A stretch of DNA of 64,000 nt. Source: an uncultured Syntrophobacteraceae bacterium. Lineage in GTDB: Bacteria; Desulfobacterota; Syntrophobacteria; Syntrophobacterales; Syntrophobacteraceae. The number at the start of each line of letters is the position of its first letter. Position 1 is the stretch's first letter. The notes beneath the pieces were generated by a model, which saw nothing but the letters and a program-made list of their open reading frames with translations, ran no database searches and had not been told where the DNA came from. The stretch covers positions 2,617 through 66,616 of the forward strand of contig CAZDKX010000002.1 of NCBI GenBank assembly GCA_964505935.1, written 5' to 3'. The position numbers and the translations under genes were made by a program. Shown here piece by piece: positions 1 to 11,603 of this stretch.

Positions 1-1151
1 TCGCTCAGCTTGGCATTGACGGCCTTGTTGGCATCGAACACAAACTGTCCCGCAAAAAACGGCACATCCTTCGTAAACCGGCCGTCATCATCAAGGGGAG
101 AATAGACCTCCAGGCCATATTCGAGCGCCATGTCATAATCTTCACGGCCGTGTCCCGGCGCCGTGTGAACACAGCCGGTACCGGCTTCGAGCGTCACGTG
201 GCTTCCCAGGATAAGGGTGCTCTCACGGTCCAGAAAGGGGTGCCGGCAGGCCAGGCCGCGCAGGTCAGCGGCACGGAAGGCCCGCAGGATTTCGTAATGT
301 TGAACACCCAGCAGGCGCATGCAGTCATCCAGCAGTCCCGCGGCAAGGACCCAGATCTCGTCGGCCACGGATACGGCCACGTAGTCAAAATCGGGATGCA
401 GCGTGATGGCCAGATTGGCCGGAATGGTCCAGGGGGTGGTGGTCCAGATGAGCACAAAGACGGGCTTTCCGGAGAATTCCGGGAATTGCGCCCGGCTCTT
501 TTCGGTCAGCGGGAACTTGACATAGATGGAAGGTGAGACATGGGCATGGTATTCGACTTCAGCCTCAGCCAGGGCCGTGCGGCAACTGGCACACCAGTAG
601 ATCGGCTTCTTGCTGCGGATGACACTGCCGCGTTCGAAGAACCGCCCCAGTTCCCGAGCGATGGTCGCCTCGTAAGCGTAGGCCATGGTCAGGTAAGGGT
701 TCTCCCATTCCCCGAGCACGCCGAGCCGCTTGAATTCATTGCGTTGAATGTCGATGAAGCGTTCCGCGTAAGCCCGGCAATGCCGCCGGATCTCCACCTG
801 CGTCATGGAAGCCTTCCGCGGTCCCAATTCCCGATCGACCTGATGTTCGATGGGCAAACCATGACAGTCCCAACCCGGCACATAGACGGCATCAAAGCCG
901 CTCATCTGCCGGCTCTTGACAATCATGTCCTTGAGGATCTTGTTAAGGGCCGTACCCAGATGAATATTCCCGTTCGCATAGGGAGGACCATCATGGAGGA
1001 TATACCGGGGGCGGCCTTTACCCTGCTCTCGCAGCAAGTGGTAAAGCCCCATCCCCTCCCATCTGGCCAGGATCTCAGGTTCACGCCTGGATAGATTGGC
1101 CTTCATGGGAAAATCCGTTTGAGGAAGGTTCAAACTCTCCTTATAGTCCAT
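1..1151 (-). CDS. ileS: isoleucyl-tRNA synthetase, N-terminal ~383 codons; the gene continues past the left edge (absent from the ORF track because no stop lies in the window)
   Basis: Hand translation of the minus strand from the ATG (complement of 1149-1151) gives [37 protein letters not shown]...[27 protein letters not shown]...[12 protein letters not shown]. This shows the class I aaRS HIGH-type signature and an IleRS-typical N-terminus. GGGAGA lies 8 nt upstream of the ATG. Plus-strand ORFs 150-536 and 540-1094 are antisense shadows. Confidence 0.85.
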   Translation of the reverse strand, partial: MDYKESLNLPQTDFPMKANLSRREPEILARWEGMGLYHLLREQGKGRPRYILHDGPPYANGNIHLGTALNKILKDMIVKSRQMSGFDAVYVPGWDCHGLPIEHQVDRELGPRKASMTQVEIRRHCRAYAERFIDIQRNEFKRLGVLGEWENPYLTMAYAYEATIARELGRFFERGSVIRSKKPIYWCASCRTALAEAEVEYHAHVSPSIYVKFPLTEKSRAQFPEFSGKPVFVLIWTTTPWTIPANLAITLHPDFDYVAVSVADEIWVLAAGLLDDCMRLLGVQHYEILRAFRAADLRGLACRHPFLDRESTLILGSHVTLEAGTGCVHTAPGHGREDYDMALEYGLEVYSPLDDDGRFTKDVPFFAGQFVFDANKAVNAKLS

Positions 1152-1361
1152 CTTCACATCTCCCTATGGATAAGATTCCGGCGCCTTCAGCACTCCTGTT
1201 CATGCAGGGCGAATTCCATGTGTCCGCAACAGGAACGGTATGACGCAGCCGCCACTCCGAACCAAAGAAAGTGATTTTAACAGCACCCTACGGCTGCCTG
1301 TCAAGCGCTTAAGCGCATGGCTGTCGACTCCCGGCGAAGGCGTATTGCCGGCGGGAAACAC

Positions 1362-1407
1362 CAGAAACAAGAAGCCCCCTTTCCGGCGCGCTGCCTGGAA
1401 AGGGGGC
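1362..1407 (-). terminator. rho-independent terminator candidate downstream of groEL
   Basis: Perfect 11-bp stem GCCCCCTTTCC (1374-1384) / GGAAAGGGGGC (1397-1407) with a 12-nt loop. On the minus strand it is followed by TTCTTGTTTCT. Confidence 0.5.
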
Positions 1408-1592
1408 TCACTTGCTGTCAGCCAGTCCCGTGTTGGTCACCACAATCGGAGCAGCGATGCCGCCCGTGAACCACAAGCCGAGAGCGGCCCCTGCCTGCCC
1501 TTGCCAATGGACGCCTCAACAGGTACCGACCTCTCGCCACTCATCACTGACCGCTGACCACTATTCGCTCTTCACTTTTCACTTTTCACTTT

Positions 1593-3254
<1,662 letters not shown>

Positions 3255-3273
3255 TCACGCGATGGGAATTGCA

Positions 3274-3564
3274 CTATTGTTCGATAATGGCGAGGATGTC
3301 ATCCTCGCGCATAATGAGGAGCTCTTCCCCCTCCACCTTGATGTCCGTGCCGGCATACTTGCTGAACAGCACCCGGTCAGCCGCCTTCACATCGAGAGGC
3401 CGACGGCTCCCGTCCTCCATGAGTTTGCCGTTGCCAACCGAAACCACTTCACCCTGGACCGGTTTTTCCTTGGCGGTATCCGGAATGATGATCCCTCCGG
3501 CCGTCTTCTCTTCTTCCTCCACACGCCTCACCACCACACGATCATTGAGCGGTTTGAGCTTCAT
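3274..3564 (-). CDS. groES: co-chaperonin GroES (Hsp10), 96 aa; start moved to the internal ATG of ORF 3274-3765
   Basis: [46 protein letters not shown]... is a canonical GroES. It lies 52 nt upstream of groEL. The 67 upstream codons of the ORF run through the CIRCE element and are not GroES-like. Confidence 0.95.
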   Translation of the reverse strand: MKLKPLNDRVVVRRVEEEEKTAGGIIIPDTAKEKPVQGEVVSVGNGKLMEDGSRRPLDVKAADRVLFSKYAGTDIKVEGEELLIMREDDILAIIEQ

Positions 3565-3644
3565 CGCTGCGACTCCTTTCCTCTTTAAAAATGGCAATAA
3601 TCGGAAAACCAAGCACCTGATATCCCGGAGATTGGGCCAAAATA

Positions 3645-3671
3645 TTAGCACTCGCCTTCGACGAGTGCTTT
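3645..3671. promoter_or_regulatory. CIRCE operator (HrcA-binding inverted repeat) of groESL
   Basis: TTAGCACTC-gccttcgac-GAGTGCTTT compared with consensus TTAGCACTC-N9-GAGTGCTAA. Located about 80 nt upstream of the groES ATG. Confidence 0.85.
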
Positions 3672-3696
3672 TAATCACTACCGGGTTTCTTGGCAA
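3668..3696 (-). promoter_or_regulatory. sigma-70-type promoter candidate for groESL, overlapping CIRCE and the pilS-like stop codon
   Basis: The minus strand reads TTGCCA-17 nt-TAAAAG. The -10 hexamer overlaps the first CIRCE arm, which is the usual CIRCE/promoter arrangement. Confidence 0.4.
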
Positions 3697-5443
3697 GAGG
3701 AAAAGCCGGATCGAAGGGGAAAAAAAGTGATACGGTGGTCCCGGATTGGCCATCACTATTGACATCGAGGCGCCCCCCGAGACTTACCATCAATTGATAG
3801 ACAATGCTCAACCCCAGGCCCGTCCCGGTGTTCTTGCTGGTGAAAAAGGGCTCGAAGATACGGGGGCGGTTTTCTTCGGATATGCCGTGCCCGGCATCCG
3901 CAACCTCGATCAGCGTCTGCCCGGGAGCATCCCGGCTCGCCCTGAATTCGGCCACGCGAACGCTGAGCACGCCCCCCTCCGGCATTGCCTCCAGGCCATT
4001 GGCCATGATTTGCCAGAGCACCTGCCGCAAGTGGAGAGGATCCATCCGGAAGGTGGGGGTGACCTGAAAAATCGTCTCCACCCGGTGTCCGTCAAGCAGC
4101 AGGTCTTTTGCCCGCAACTGGGCAACAACCTCCTCAACCACGGCCGGCACGCTCACCTCTTCAATTCTGGCCGATTTTTGAGAACCCCTTGCCATCCACA
4201 GAAAATCGGTGATGAGATCATCAATGCGCCGAACCTCACGGGCAATGATATTCATCAGTTTGACTTGAAAAGGTTCCTGGGCCAATTCGTGTTGCAGCAT
4301 CTGCGCGGCGCCACTGATAGCGGCCAGGGGATTTCTGATCTCATGGGCAATTTCCGCCGCCATTTTACCCGCCTGGGCCATCCGTTCGGTACGCTGAAGG
4401 TGTTCCTCCATGGCCCGCAGAGGCGTCAGGTCCTGAAAAATGAAAACCCACCCCCATCCATCTCCGCGTTCCAGATTCAATAAGGAAACGCTGTACCCCA
4501 GACACAGCTCCTCACCTGTCGGCCGCTGATAACTGAAGTCCTTACGAACCAGCGCTTCAGGCTCGGGCTGAAGCGGATGAAGGCCTGCGCAGGGCCAATT
4601 GAGGGTATTCAGGGCAGGAAAGAGCCGGTCAATGGTCCGCCCCTTAATCTGATCCCATGGCAGAGCCAAGATCTTCTGGGCCGCATCATTGGCAAAGAGC
4701 ACCTCCCGTTCGGGGCTGATCATGAGCAAACCGCTGCTCAGGCTTTGAATGACATTGCGATGGAGGATTTCGAGCTGGTGCAAATCCCGCTCTTGCTCTC
4801 GAATCTGCTGGGTGGACCGCAACCATGCTTCTGCCAGGTAGCCGGCGAGATAGGCCGTCAGATAGAAGCCGGCAATATTCATCAGCAGACTGTGAAAGAA
4901 GGCTCCACTGTCGGGAATCTGAGAGGCTATCCCCATCAGCTGAAGCGGGGCAATCCATCCAAAGTATTGCAGATCGAGCAGCAACCCGTAGGAAAGGGCG
5001 CAGGCGGACGCGACCACGACACTGCCCCGGCGATACAGCAGCAGGGCACCACTGACAATGGCGGGCATGTAGAGGAAGGAAAAGATGCTTTCCACCCCGC
5101 CTGAGAGGTAGATCAAAAAGGTCACCGCCCCCACGTCGAAAAGTGCCTGAAGATAGGCGAATTGTCTGAGTCGCCGGACCCGCTTCAGGCTCAACGCAGC
5201 GACAATCGTGAAAGCGAAAAGAATGACCGAAAAGATATAGAGAGGTCTGAGTTGTCCTGAGAGGAGGTCCTCGGCCCGCCGGCTCTGGACAATGAGGGTG
5301 AGCGTCAAGAAAAAGACGGCAAGAAGCAGTCGGAACAACAAGACTCCCTGCAGCTTGCGCTTGAGCGAAAGATCGTTGGCATCAGCCTGGACTCGGTTGT
5401 CAGGTTCTTTTCCCGAGGTCACATCAGGTTTCAAGAAGCTCAT
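3671..5443 (-). CDS. membrane sensor histidine kinase, PilS-like (polytopic N-terminus, PAS, HisKA, HATPase), 590 aa
   Basis: About 6 hydrophobic helices in residues 30-210. H-box [23 protein letters not shown]-boxes DAGHGI...[12 protein letters not shown]. Lies directly downstream of pilB-pilC, which is where pilS normally sits. Confidence 0.8.
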   Translation of the reverse strand: MSFLKPDVTSGKEPDNRVQADANDLSLKRKLQGVLLFRLLLAVFFLTLTLIVQSRRAEDLLSGQLRPLYIFSVILFAFTIVAALSLKRVRRLRQFAYLQALFDVGAVTFLIYLSGGVESIFSFLYMPAIVSGALLLYRRGSVVVASACALSYGLLLDLQYFGWIAPLQLMGIASQIPDSGAFFHSLLMNIAGFYLTAYLAGYLAEAWLRSTQQIREQERDLHQLEILHRNVIQSLSSGLLMISPEREVLFANDAAQKILALPWDQIKGRTIDRLFPALNTLNWPCAGLHPLQPEPEALVRKDFSYQRPTGEELCLGYSVSLLNLERGDGWGWVFIFQDLTPLRAMEEHLQRTERMAQAGKMAAEIAHEIRNPLAAISGAAQMLQHELAQEPFQVKLMNIIAREVRRIDDLITDFLWMARGSQKSARIEEVSVPAVVEEVVAQLRAKDLLLDGHRVETIFQVTPTFRMDPLHLRQVLWQIMANGLEAMPEGGVLSVRVAEFRASRDAPGQTLIEVADAGHGISEENRPRIFEPFFTSKNTGTGLGLSIVYQLMVSLGGRLDVNSDGQSGTTVSLFFPFDPAFPLAKKPGSD

Positions 5444-5594
5444 CCTCCTACTGACATCAAATCTACCTCAAGCAATATATACTCGATAAGGTTGAGAACT
5501 TTCATTTTGCTCGGGTCCTGTTTGTTGGGTTTCGTTGCCACTCAACCCAACCTACAGTTCTGATTCAGATTTACCTCAAACAATAAAGAACGTT

Positions 5595-6815
5595 TTACCG
5601 TCCTCCTCTCGAGACAACATCGGCCAACTGGAAGATCGGCATATACATGGCCACCAGGATGCCGCCGATGGTGACGCCGAGGAAGATCATCAAAAGCGGT
5701 TCAAGGAGCGAGGTCAGTGCTTCGACCGTGGCATCCACCTCGTCATCGTAAAAATCGGCGATCTTCTCGAGCATGCTGTCGAGCGCCCCGGTCGCTTCCC
5801 CCACGGCAATCATCCTGGTCACCATGGGGGGAAAGACCTTGGTATCCTCCAGCGGCTCAGCTACTGATCGACCTTCCGCGATGGCGCTCCGGGATTCCCG
5901 GATAGCCTCTTCAATCACCGCGTTGCCGGCGGTGTTGGCCACAATATTCAGCGCGTCCAGAATGGGCACGCCGCTGCTGAGCAGGGTCCCCAGGGTGCGA
6001 CTGAAACGCGCGACCGCGACCTTGCGAATGAGCATCCCAAAGACTGGAGACCGCAGGACCAGGCGATCTGTTAAAAGTCTCCCTCTGGGATTTTTGCGGA
6101 TTCTCCGAATGAGGAATACCAGCAGGATGATCCCCAGGATCACCCAGTAAAAGTAACGTTTGGAAAAGTCACTGACGTTGATGACGAATTGGGTCAGGGG
6201 CGGGAGCTTCACGCCCGCATCGAGAAAGAGCCCGGTAAATACCGGAATGACATAGATGAGGATGACGGCGATGACACACACGGCGATCGTCACCACAATC
6301 GCTGGATAGGTGAGCGCTCCCTTAACCTTCTTCTTCAATTTCGCCAGTTTTTCGATGTAGACCGCCAGACGGTTCAAAATGATATCGAGAATACCACCCG
6401 CTTCTCCTGCCGCAACCATGTGAACAAAGAGGTGATCAAAGACTTTCGGATGCTTCCTGATCGCATCGGAGAAGGTGGCCCCTCCCTCGACATCCCTTTT
6501 GATTTCCTTGAGAATACTTTTAAAAGTCTTGTTCTCCTGCTGGTCCCGCAGGATTTCAAGGCTCTGTACCAGGGGCAGACCGGCATTGATCAGGGTGGCG
6601 AACTGGCGCACAAAAACCACCAGATCTTTTTCCGTGACCTTGGTCTGCAGGAAAGGCACGTATTCGAGCAGGTCTTTGGGCTTGGCTTTGAAGCTCGTGA
6701 TGGTGATTCCCTTACGCACCACAAACTGACGAGCAATGGTGGGATTGTCCGCTTCGACCTCACCGGTCTGCTTTTTCCCTCGCCGATCCGTTCCCTTCCA
6801 AATGTAGACGGGCAT
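5595..6815 (-). CDS. pilC: type IV pilus inner-membrane platform protein PilC (GspF family), 406 aa
   Basis: Two GspF-type repeats (..FVRQFATLINAGLPLVQSL.. and ..FSRTLGTLLSSGVPILDAL..) and three TM segments. Adjacent to pilB. Confidence 0.9.
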   Translation of the reverse strand: MPVYIWKGTDRRGKKQTGEVEADNPTIARQFVVRKGITITSFKAKPKDLLEYVPFLQTKVTEKDLVVFVRQFATLINAGLPLVQSLEILRDQQENKTFKSILKEIKRDVEGGATFSDAIRKHPKVFDHLFVHMVAAGEAGGILDIILNRLAVYIEKLAKLKKKVKGALTYPAIVVTIAVCVIAVILIYVIPVFTGLFLDAGVKLPPLTQFVINVSDFSKRYFYWVILGIILLVFLIRRIRKNPRGRLLTDRLVLRSPVFGMLIRKVAVARFSRTLGTLLSSGVPILDALNIVANTAGNAVIEEAIRESRSAIAEGRSVAEPLEDTKVFPPMVTRMIAVGEATGALDSMLEKIADFYDDEVDATVEALTSLLEPLLMIFLGVTIGGILVAMYMPIFQLADVVSRGGR

Positions 6816-6843
6816 GGACAGTCCTCGCTATGATGGATAGCAC

Positions 6844-8538
6844 CTAGTCCTTGGCCGAACAGCGCAGGACCTCGCTGATCGAGGTAACCCCTTCCATGAG
6901 CTTCTTGATCCCGCTTTGGCGAAGGGTCAGCATGCCGAGGTTGATGGCCTCCCGCTTGATTTCCGGGGCCGAGGCCCCGATCAGCACCATCTCCCTGATC
7001 TTCTCGTGCATGGCCATGACTTCATAAAGCGCGATCCGCCCTCGATATCCGGTCCCACTGCATTCCGCACAACCCTTCCCCCGGTAGCAGACAAAAGAGT
7101 CCACTTCCTCTGCCCTCACCCCCAGATCGACCAGCGCCTCACGCGGGACCTCTTCCACCATGCGACATTCGGGACAGATGCGCCGCACCAGCCTTTGCGC
7201 GAGCACCAGGTTGACGGCGGAAGAGACCAGGAATGACTCGACCCCCATATTGAGCAACCTCACAATGGTGCTTGAGGCATCATTCGTATGCACCGTGCTG
7301 AGCACGAGATGTCCGGTCAAGGCCGCCTTAATCGCCACTTCAGCCGTTTCAAAGTCCCTGATTTCCCCCACCATGATGACGTCAGGGTCCTGCCGCAGGA
7401 ACGACCTCAGAGCAGCGGCAAAGTTCAAGCCAATCGCCTCATGGATGTGGACCTGGTTAATTCCGGAAAGACTGTATTCGACGGGATCTTCAGCCGTCAG
7501 AATATTGTGGCTGACCCGGTTGAGTTCCGAAAGGGCACTGTAAAGCGTGGTCGTCTTGCCGCTGCCGGTCGGCCCCGTTACCAGGATCATGCCGTAGGGC
7601 TGATTGATCGCCTCACGAAATGCCTGAAACTGGCTTTCCTCAAAGCCGAGCTTGGTCATATCAAGCTGCAGCCCGGTCTTGTCCAGAAGCCTGAGCACCA
7701 CTTTTTCGCCAAAGAGGGTAGGCATCACGGACACGCGGAACTCCATCTCCCGCCCTCGGGCTTTGAGCTTGATGCGGCCATCCTGAGGCAGCCGCCGTTC
7801 CGCAATGTCCAATCGACTCATGATTTTGAGGCGGGACACCACAGCATTTCTCAGCTGCAGGGGGGGCCGCATCATCTCGTATAGCACGCCGTCAAGTCGA
7901 AAGCGCACCCGCAGCGATTTCTCGTAGGGTTCAACATGGATATCGCTGGCCTGCTTCCGAATCGCATCCATGAGGATGTGATTGACCAGTTTCACCACCG
8001 GCGCCTGCTCAGCAGCGTCCTCCAGGAACGATATGTCCATTTCCTGAGAAGAGTCCACCACGTCCACATCCACATCATCTCTCAGGCGGTCGAGCACTTC
8101 GTCGATATTTTCATCTCCGGTCTGGTATCGACTCAACACTCGCTTGATAACGGCTTCGGAAGCGACGTGGACCTGGATATTCTTCCTGGTCAAAAAACGG
8201 ATGTCGTCAATGACGAAGAGATTGCCGGGATCAGCCATGGCCACATTGAGGGTGTGACCCATCAAGCCAAAAGGAACCGCCTGATATTTCAACGCAATCT
8301 CGGGAGGGATGAGGCTGATGATCTCCTGCGGAATGGTCAAACGCGAAGGGTTTACCGATGGCACATGGAACTGTCGGGCCAGAAATTCCACCAGCACTTC
8401 ATCGCTGATGAACCCCATCTTGATCAAAACGGCCCCAACTCGCTCCCCGCCGTGCCGCTGCTCTTCAAGCGCCCGGTTGAGTTGTTCGGCTTCGATCAAC
8501 CCTTCCTGGAGCAACAACTCCCCCAGCTTCTTGGCCAC
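6844..8538 (-). CDS. pilB: type IV pilus assembly ATPase PilB (GspE family), 564 aa, GTG start
   Basis: N-terminal GSPII_E_N-like domain (LGELLLQEGLIEAEQLNRALEEQ). Walker A GPTGSGKTTTLYS. Tetracysteine CPECR...CAECSGTGYRGR motif. Confidence 0.92.
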   Translation of the reverse strand: MAKKLGELLLQEGLIEAEQLNRALEEQRHGGERVGAVLIKMGFISDEVLVEFLARQFHVPSVNPSRLTIPQEIISLIPPEIALKYQAVPFGLMGHTLNVAMADPGNLFVIDDIRFLTRKNIQVHVASEAVIKRVLSRYQTGDENIDEVLDRLRDDVDVDVVDSSQEMDISFLEDAAEQAPVVKLVNHILMDAIRKQASDIHVEPYEKSLRVRFRLDGVLYEMMRPPLQLRNAVVSRLKIMSRLDIAERRLPQDGRIKLKARGREMEFRVSVMPTLFGEKVVLRLLDKTGLQLDMTKLGFEESQFQAFREAINQPYGMILVTGPTGSGKTTTLYSALSELNRVSHNILTAEDPVEYSLSGINQVHIHEAIGLNFAAALRSFLRQDPDVIMVGEIRDFETAEVAIKAALTGHLVLSTVHTNDASSTIVRLLNMGVESFLVSSAVNLVLAQRLVRRICPECRMVEEVPREALVDLGVRAEEVDSFVCYRGKGCAECSGTGYRGRIALYEVMAMHEKIREMVLIGASAPEIKREAINLGMLTLRQSGIKKLMEGVTSISEVLRCSAKD

Positions 8539-8572
8539 CCGCGGATACCTCTATTGTTGACTCAGGCGATGT

Positions 8573-8657
8573 GATTCCCCCTTGAGGGGGGTAGGGGGGG
8601 TGTAAGGAGTTGTATGTGCGCCAAAGACACCCCCCTTCCCCCTCAAGGGGGGAATTT
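8573..8657. repeat. C-tract/G-tract palindromic element (REP-like), two inverted copies
   Basis: GATTCCCCCTTGAGGGGGGTAGGGGGGG ... ACCCCCCTTCCCCCTCAAGGGGGGAATT. The same CCCC(T)CC-loop-GG(A)GGGG hairpin type recurs at 35510-35530, 53406-53426 and 53483-53503. Confidence 0.7.
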
Positions 8658-8755
8658 GTTCTGTGCGAGTTCCCTATTTCAACAACATTCATGCCTTTCC
8701 CCGGCAGCACCGCACCCAGGTTTTGTCCAGGACCTAAAAAAACCTCAGCAAGGCC

Positions 8756-8784
8756 TTGACAGCCGTAGCATCCTGGTTTATATG
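8756..8784 (+). promoter_or_regulatory. sigma-70 promoter candidate for the Cys-rich protein gene
   Basis: TTGACA (8756-8761), 17-nt spacer, TATATG (8779-8784). Followed by a 7-bp stem with a UUCG tetraloop (ACTCTCC-ttcg-GGAGAGT, 8791-8808) at the predicted 5' end. Confidence 0.4.
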
Positions 8785-8840
8785 CGCTGCACTCTCCTTC
8801 GGGAGAGTTAATAATAATACCAGAATTGGAGGTAATTGTC

Positions 8841-9128
8841 ATGATTTGTGCAACCTTGAAGGCGGGGACCGACTGTGCCTTTATGACGAAAGCGGGGTGT
8901 GGGTTCAACGGCGGTTCCTGCAAGCCGGTGGTCGAGCAATGTGAGGGCTGCCAGCGAGTCATGGACCTGCCCTCGGGCAAGTACTGCAGCAGTTTTCCAA
9001 ATCCTGCCAGCAAGTGGAAAACCAGTCAGTGCAACTTTGCGACCCATTCGAAGTTGGATTCACAGAGCCAACAGCAGGCCAAGATCAATCCCTTGAAGGC
9101 TTCCAAGAGAAGTACCAAACGGAAGTAG
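8841..9128 (+). CDS. small cysteine-rich protein, PxxKW-family-like, 95 aa
   Basis: MICATLKAGTDCAFMTKAGCGFNGGSCKPVVEQCEGCQRV...CSSFPNPASKWKTSQCNFATH. It has eight Cys, a P-A-S-K-W motif and a basic tail. GGAGG lies 7 nt before the ATG at 8841. The family assignment is from memory of the NCBI family name. Confidence 0.65.
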   Translation: MICATLKAGTDCAFMTKAGCGFNGGSCKPVVEQCEGCQRVMDLPSGKYCSSFPNPASKWKTSQCNFATHSKLDSQSQQQAKINPLKASKRSTKRK

Positions 9129-9418
9129 GATGCGGCCGGTTTGTGAGAGCGGGCTTCTTGACATCACGCTGGAGTCATGCTCTCACCAAAGCCATCCTCC
9201 TGTCGCGCAATTTCCACCTCGCCCCCCTCCGGGGAGCCCTCCGGCGAAATTCTCTATTTTCATTTGACTTCTTTCATTTCGGTCGTTATGGGATAACTGC
9301 TTTGCGGCGGCCCGCTACTCACCGTAATTCAGGCGGGACGCCGGCAACTCCCGGCGTTTCTTGACATTGGTCTCCGACCAGTATTCACCTTTTTCGTGCA
9401 AGAGAGGGACCCACAACT

Positions 9419-10627
9419 GTGGCACAAACACTCATACTCACTGGTAATCAGACGGCAGCGCTGGCTGCAAAGCTCTGCCGTGTCCAGGTGGTCGCCGCCT
9501 ACCCCATCACCCCCCAGTCAAGCATTCCGGAAGTATTGTCACAGGACGTGGAACGGGGAGAACTTCAGGCAGAATTCGTTCGCGTCGAGAGCGAACATTC
9601 CGCCATGGGGGTGTGCATCTCCGCCTCACTGGTGGGCGCCAGAGTCTTCACCGCCACCGCCGCCAATGGTCTGGCCTATATGCACGAACAGCTTCACTGG
9701 GCGGCAGGCGCCCGGGTGCCCATTGTGATGCCGGTGACCAACCGCGGGCTGGGAGCACCCTGGACGATTCTGAATGACATGCAGGACACGGTCTCGCAGC
9801 GTGATACCGGGTGGATGCAGTTCTATTGCATGACCAACCAGGAAATTCTCGATCAGATCATCCTGGCCTATAAGGTCGCCGAGCAGGTAATGATACCGAT
9901 CATGGTCTGTTTCGACGGCTTCCGGCTCTCTCACACCATGATGCCCGTGACCATCCCGTCACCGGATGAAGTGGACGCTTTCCTGCCTGCCTATCGCTTA
10001 CCGTATCGGCTGGACCCGGAAGTGCCGGTCAACATCAACCCGGTGGTGATGACCGACCCCCTGCCCGGCCCGGACGGTACCCTTTGCCCAAGCTACATGG
10101 GATTTCGCCGGCGTTTGCAGGAGACCTTCGAGGGGGCTGCCGAGATCATTGCTGCCGCCGGCAGGGATTTTCAGACGGTATTCGGCCGCTCCTACGAAGA
10201 CCCACTCTATCGATACCATACCCAGGACGCCCGGTTCCTGTTTGTCACCATGGGCTCACTCGCCAGTGAAGCGAGTGAAGCGGTTGATCTCCTGCGCGAG
10301 CGTGGGACACCCGCGGGCGTCATTGGGGCGCGGGTGTTCCGTCCATTCCCGAGTCGGGCCCTGGCTCAGGCCGCAGCCGATGCCGAAGCGCTCATTGTTC
10401 TCGAGAAAGCCATCAGCTACGGTTATGAAGGGGCCCTGGCAACCGAACTGAAGGGCGCCCTCTTCAGCCACGATGGCCGCCGGCCCGTGGTCTATAATTA
10501 CATCCTGGGCCTGGGGGGCAAGGACGTCAACCCTGCCGATCTCCTGGAAGCCGCGGAAGACACCCTGCTGGGCCTCGAACAAGGGAAACCCCAGGAGCAT
10601 TCTCGCTGGATCGGCTCCGGAGTATGA
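9419..10627 (+). CDS. 2-oxoacid:ferredoxin oxidoreductase, alpha subunit (PorA/VorA-like), 402 aa, GTG start
   Basis: LTGNQTAALAAKLCRVQVVAAYPITPQSSIPE...ESEHSAMGVCISASLVGARVFTATAANGLAYM is typical of the POR/VOR alpha subunit. Confidence 0.85.
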   Translation: MAQTLILTGNQTAALAAKLCRVQVVAAYPITPQSSIPEVLSQDVERGELQAEFVRVESEHSAMGVCISASLVGARVFTATAANGLAYMHEQLHWAAGARVPIVMPVTNRGLGAPWTILNDMQDTVSQRDTGWMQFYCMTNQEILDQIILAYKVAEQVMIPIMVCFDGFRLSHTMMPVTIPSPDEVDAFLPAYRLPYRLDPEVPVNINPVVMTDPLPGPDGTLCPSYMGFRRRLQETFEGAAEIIAAAGRDFQTVFGRSYEDPLYRYHTQDARFLFVTMGSLASEASEAVDLLRERGTPAGVIGARVFRPFPSRALAQAAADAEALIVLEKAISYGYEGALATELKGALFSHDGRRPVVYNYILGLGGKDVNPADLLEAAEDTLLGLEQGKPQEHSRWIGSGV

Positions 10628-11565
10628 TGCAAACCATTCAAGAGGAAGCACCGACAACGATGACCACAACAACAGCGATTCTAGACCTCCCTGAACTAGA
10701 ATATATCCAGCCGGGAACACGGACTTGTGCCGGTTGCGGGTTACCGATCGCCTATCGCTACATGCTCAAGGCCCTGGGTCCCAAGACCATCATGACGCAC
10801 CCGGCGTGCTGTCTCACGATCCTCCACGGCATCTACCCCAAAACCCCTGTCGCCATCAATGCCGTCAACAATACCTTTGCCAGCACGGCCGCCTCGGCAT
10901 CGGGACTGGTGGCAGGTCTCAAAGCCACCGGCCAGGATGACTTTACCGTACTCGCCATGGCCGGCGATGGCGGCACCTTTGATATGGGCATCCAGGCGCT
11001 CAGTGGCGCCGCCGAGCGTGAGACCGACTTTATCTATGTCTGCTATGACAACGAAGCTTACATGAATACCGGGGTTCAGCGTTCGAGCGCCACGCCGGCA
11101 GGCGCCACCACCACCACGACCGCGGTCATCCCCAAGGAGCAACCGAAGAAGGATTTCCTGCAAATCATGGAAGCCCATCACTTGGCTTATCTCGCTTCGG
11201 CATGCTCCTCCTACCCCGGCGACATTTATCACAAATTTCTCAAGGCCAAGAGCATCACGGGGACGCGGTTCATCCATCTCAGCGTGCCCTGTCCGGCCGG
11301 ATGGGCCTTTCCCACCAAGGACACCATCAAGGTCGGGCGACTGGCGGTGGAATCCGGGGTGGTCGTCCTCTATGAAGTCGAAAAAGGGACGTTCCGGCTG
11401 ACGGGGAAGTCTCTCAGCATGGCACGGAGCGGACGGAAGCGTCCGGTTGAAGAGTATTTACAACTCCAGGGACGTTTCAAAAAGATGAGTGCGCAGCAGA
11501 TTGCCGACTTCCAGCGCCAGGTGGATGAACGGTGGGACGAACTGATGAAGCGGGCGGAACTGTAA
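10624..11565 (+). CDS. 2-oxoacid:ferredoxin oxidoreductase, beta (TPP-binding) subunit, 313 aa
   Basis: CAGCG Fe-S ligand region. The TPP motif GDGGTFDMG...YDNEAYMNTG. ATGA start/stop overlap with the alpha subunit gene. Confidence 0.85.
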   Translation: MMQTIQEEAPTTMTTTTAILDLPELEYIQPGTRTCAGCGLPIAYRYMLKALGPKTIMTHPACCLTILHGIYPKTPVAINAVNNTFASTAASASGLVAGLKATGQDDFTVLAMAGDGGTFDMGIQALSGAAERETDFIYVCYDNEAYMNTGVQRSSATPAGATTTTTAVIPKEQPKKDFLQIMEAHHLAYLASACSSYPGDIYHKFLKAKSITGTRFIHLSVPCPAGWAFPTKDTIKVGRLAVESGVVVLYEVEKGTFRLTGKSLSMARSGRKRPVEEYLQLQGRFKKMSAQQIADFQRQVDERWDELMKRAEL

Positions 11566-11603
11566 GTCCAGTCCGGGATCAGACGCCACGTCGATACGTG
11601 CTC

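Noticed and set aside
150-1094. Plus-strand ORFs 150-536 and 540-1094 at the left edge.
   Set aside because: They are antisense to a clear IleRS N-terminal coding sequence on the minus strand. That sequence is missing from the ORF track only because it has no stop in the window.
8465-9013. 182-aa minus-strand ORF across the pilB start, the REP element and the Cys-rich gene.
   Set aside because: It runs through a palindromic repeat and overlaps two better-supported genes. Its composition is Gly/Pro-rich and it has no motif.
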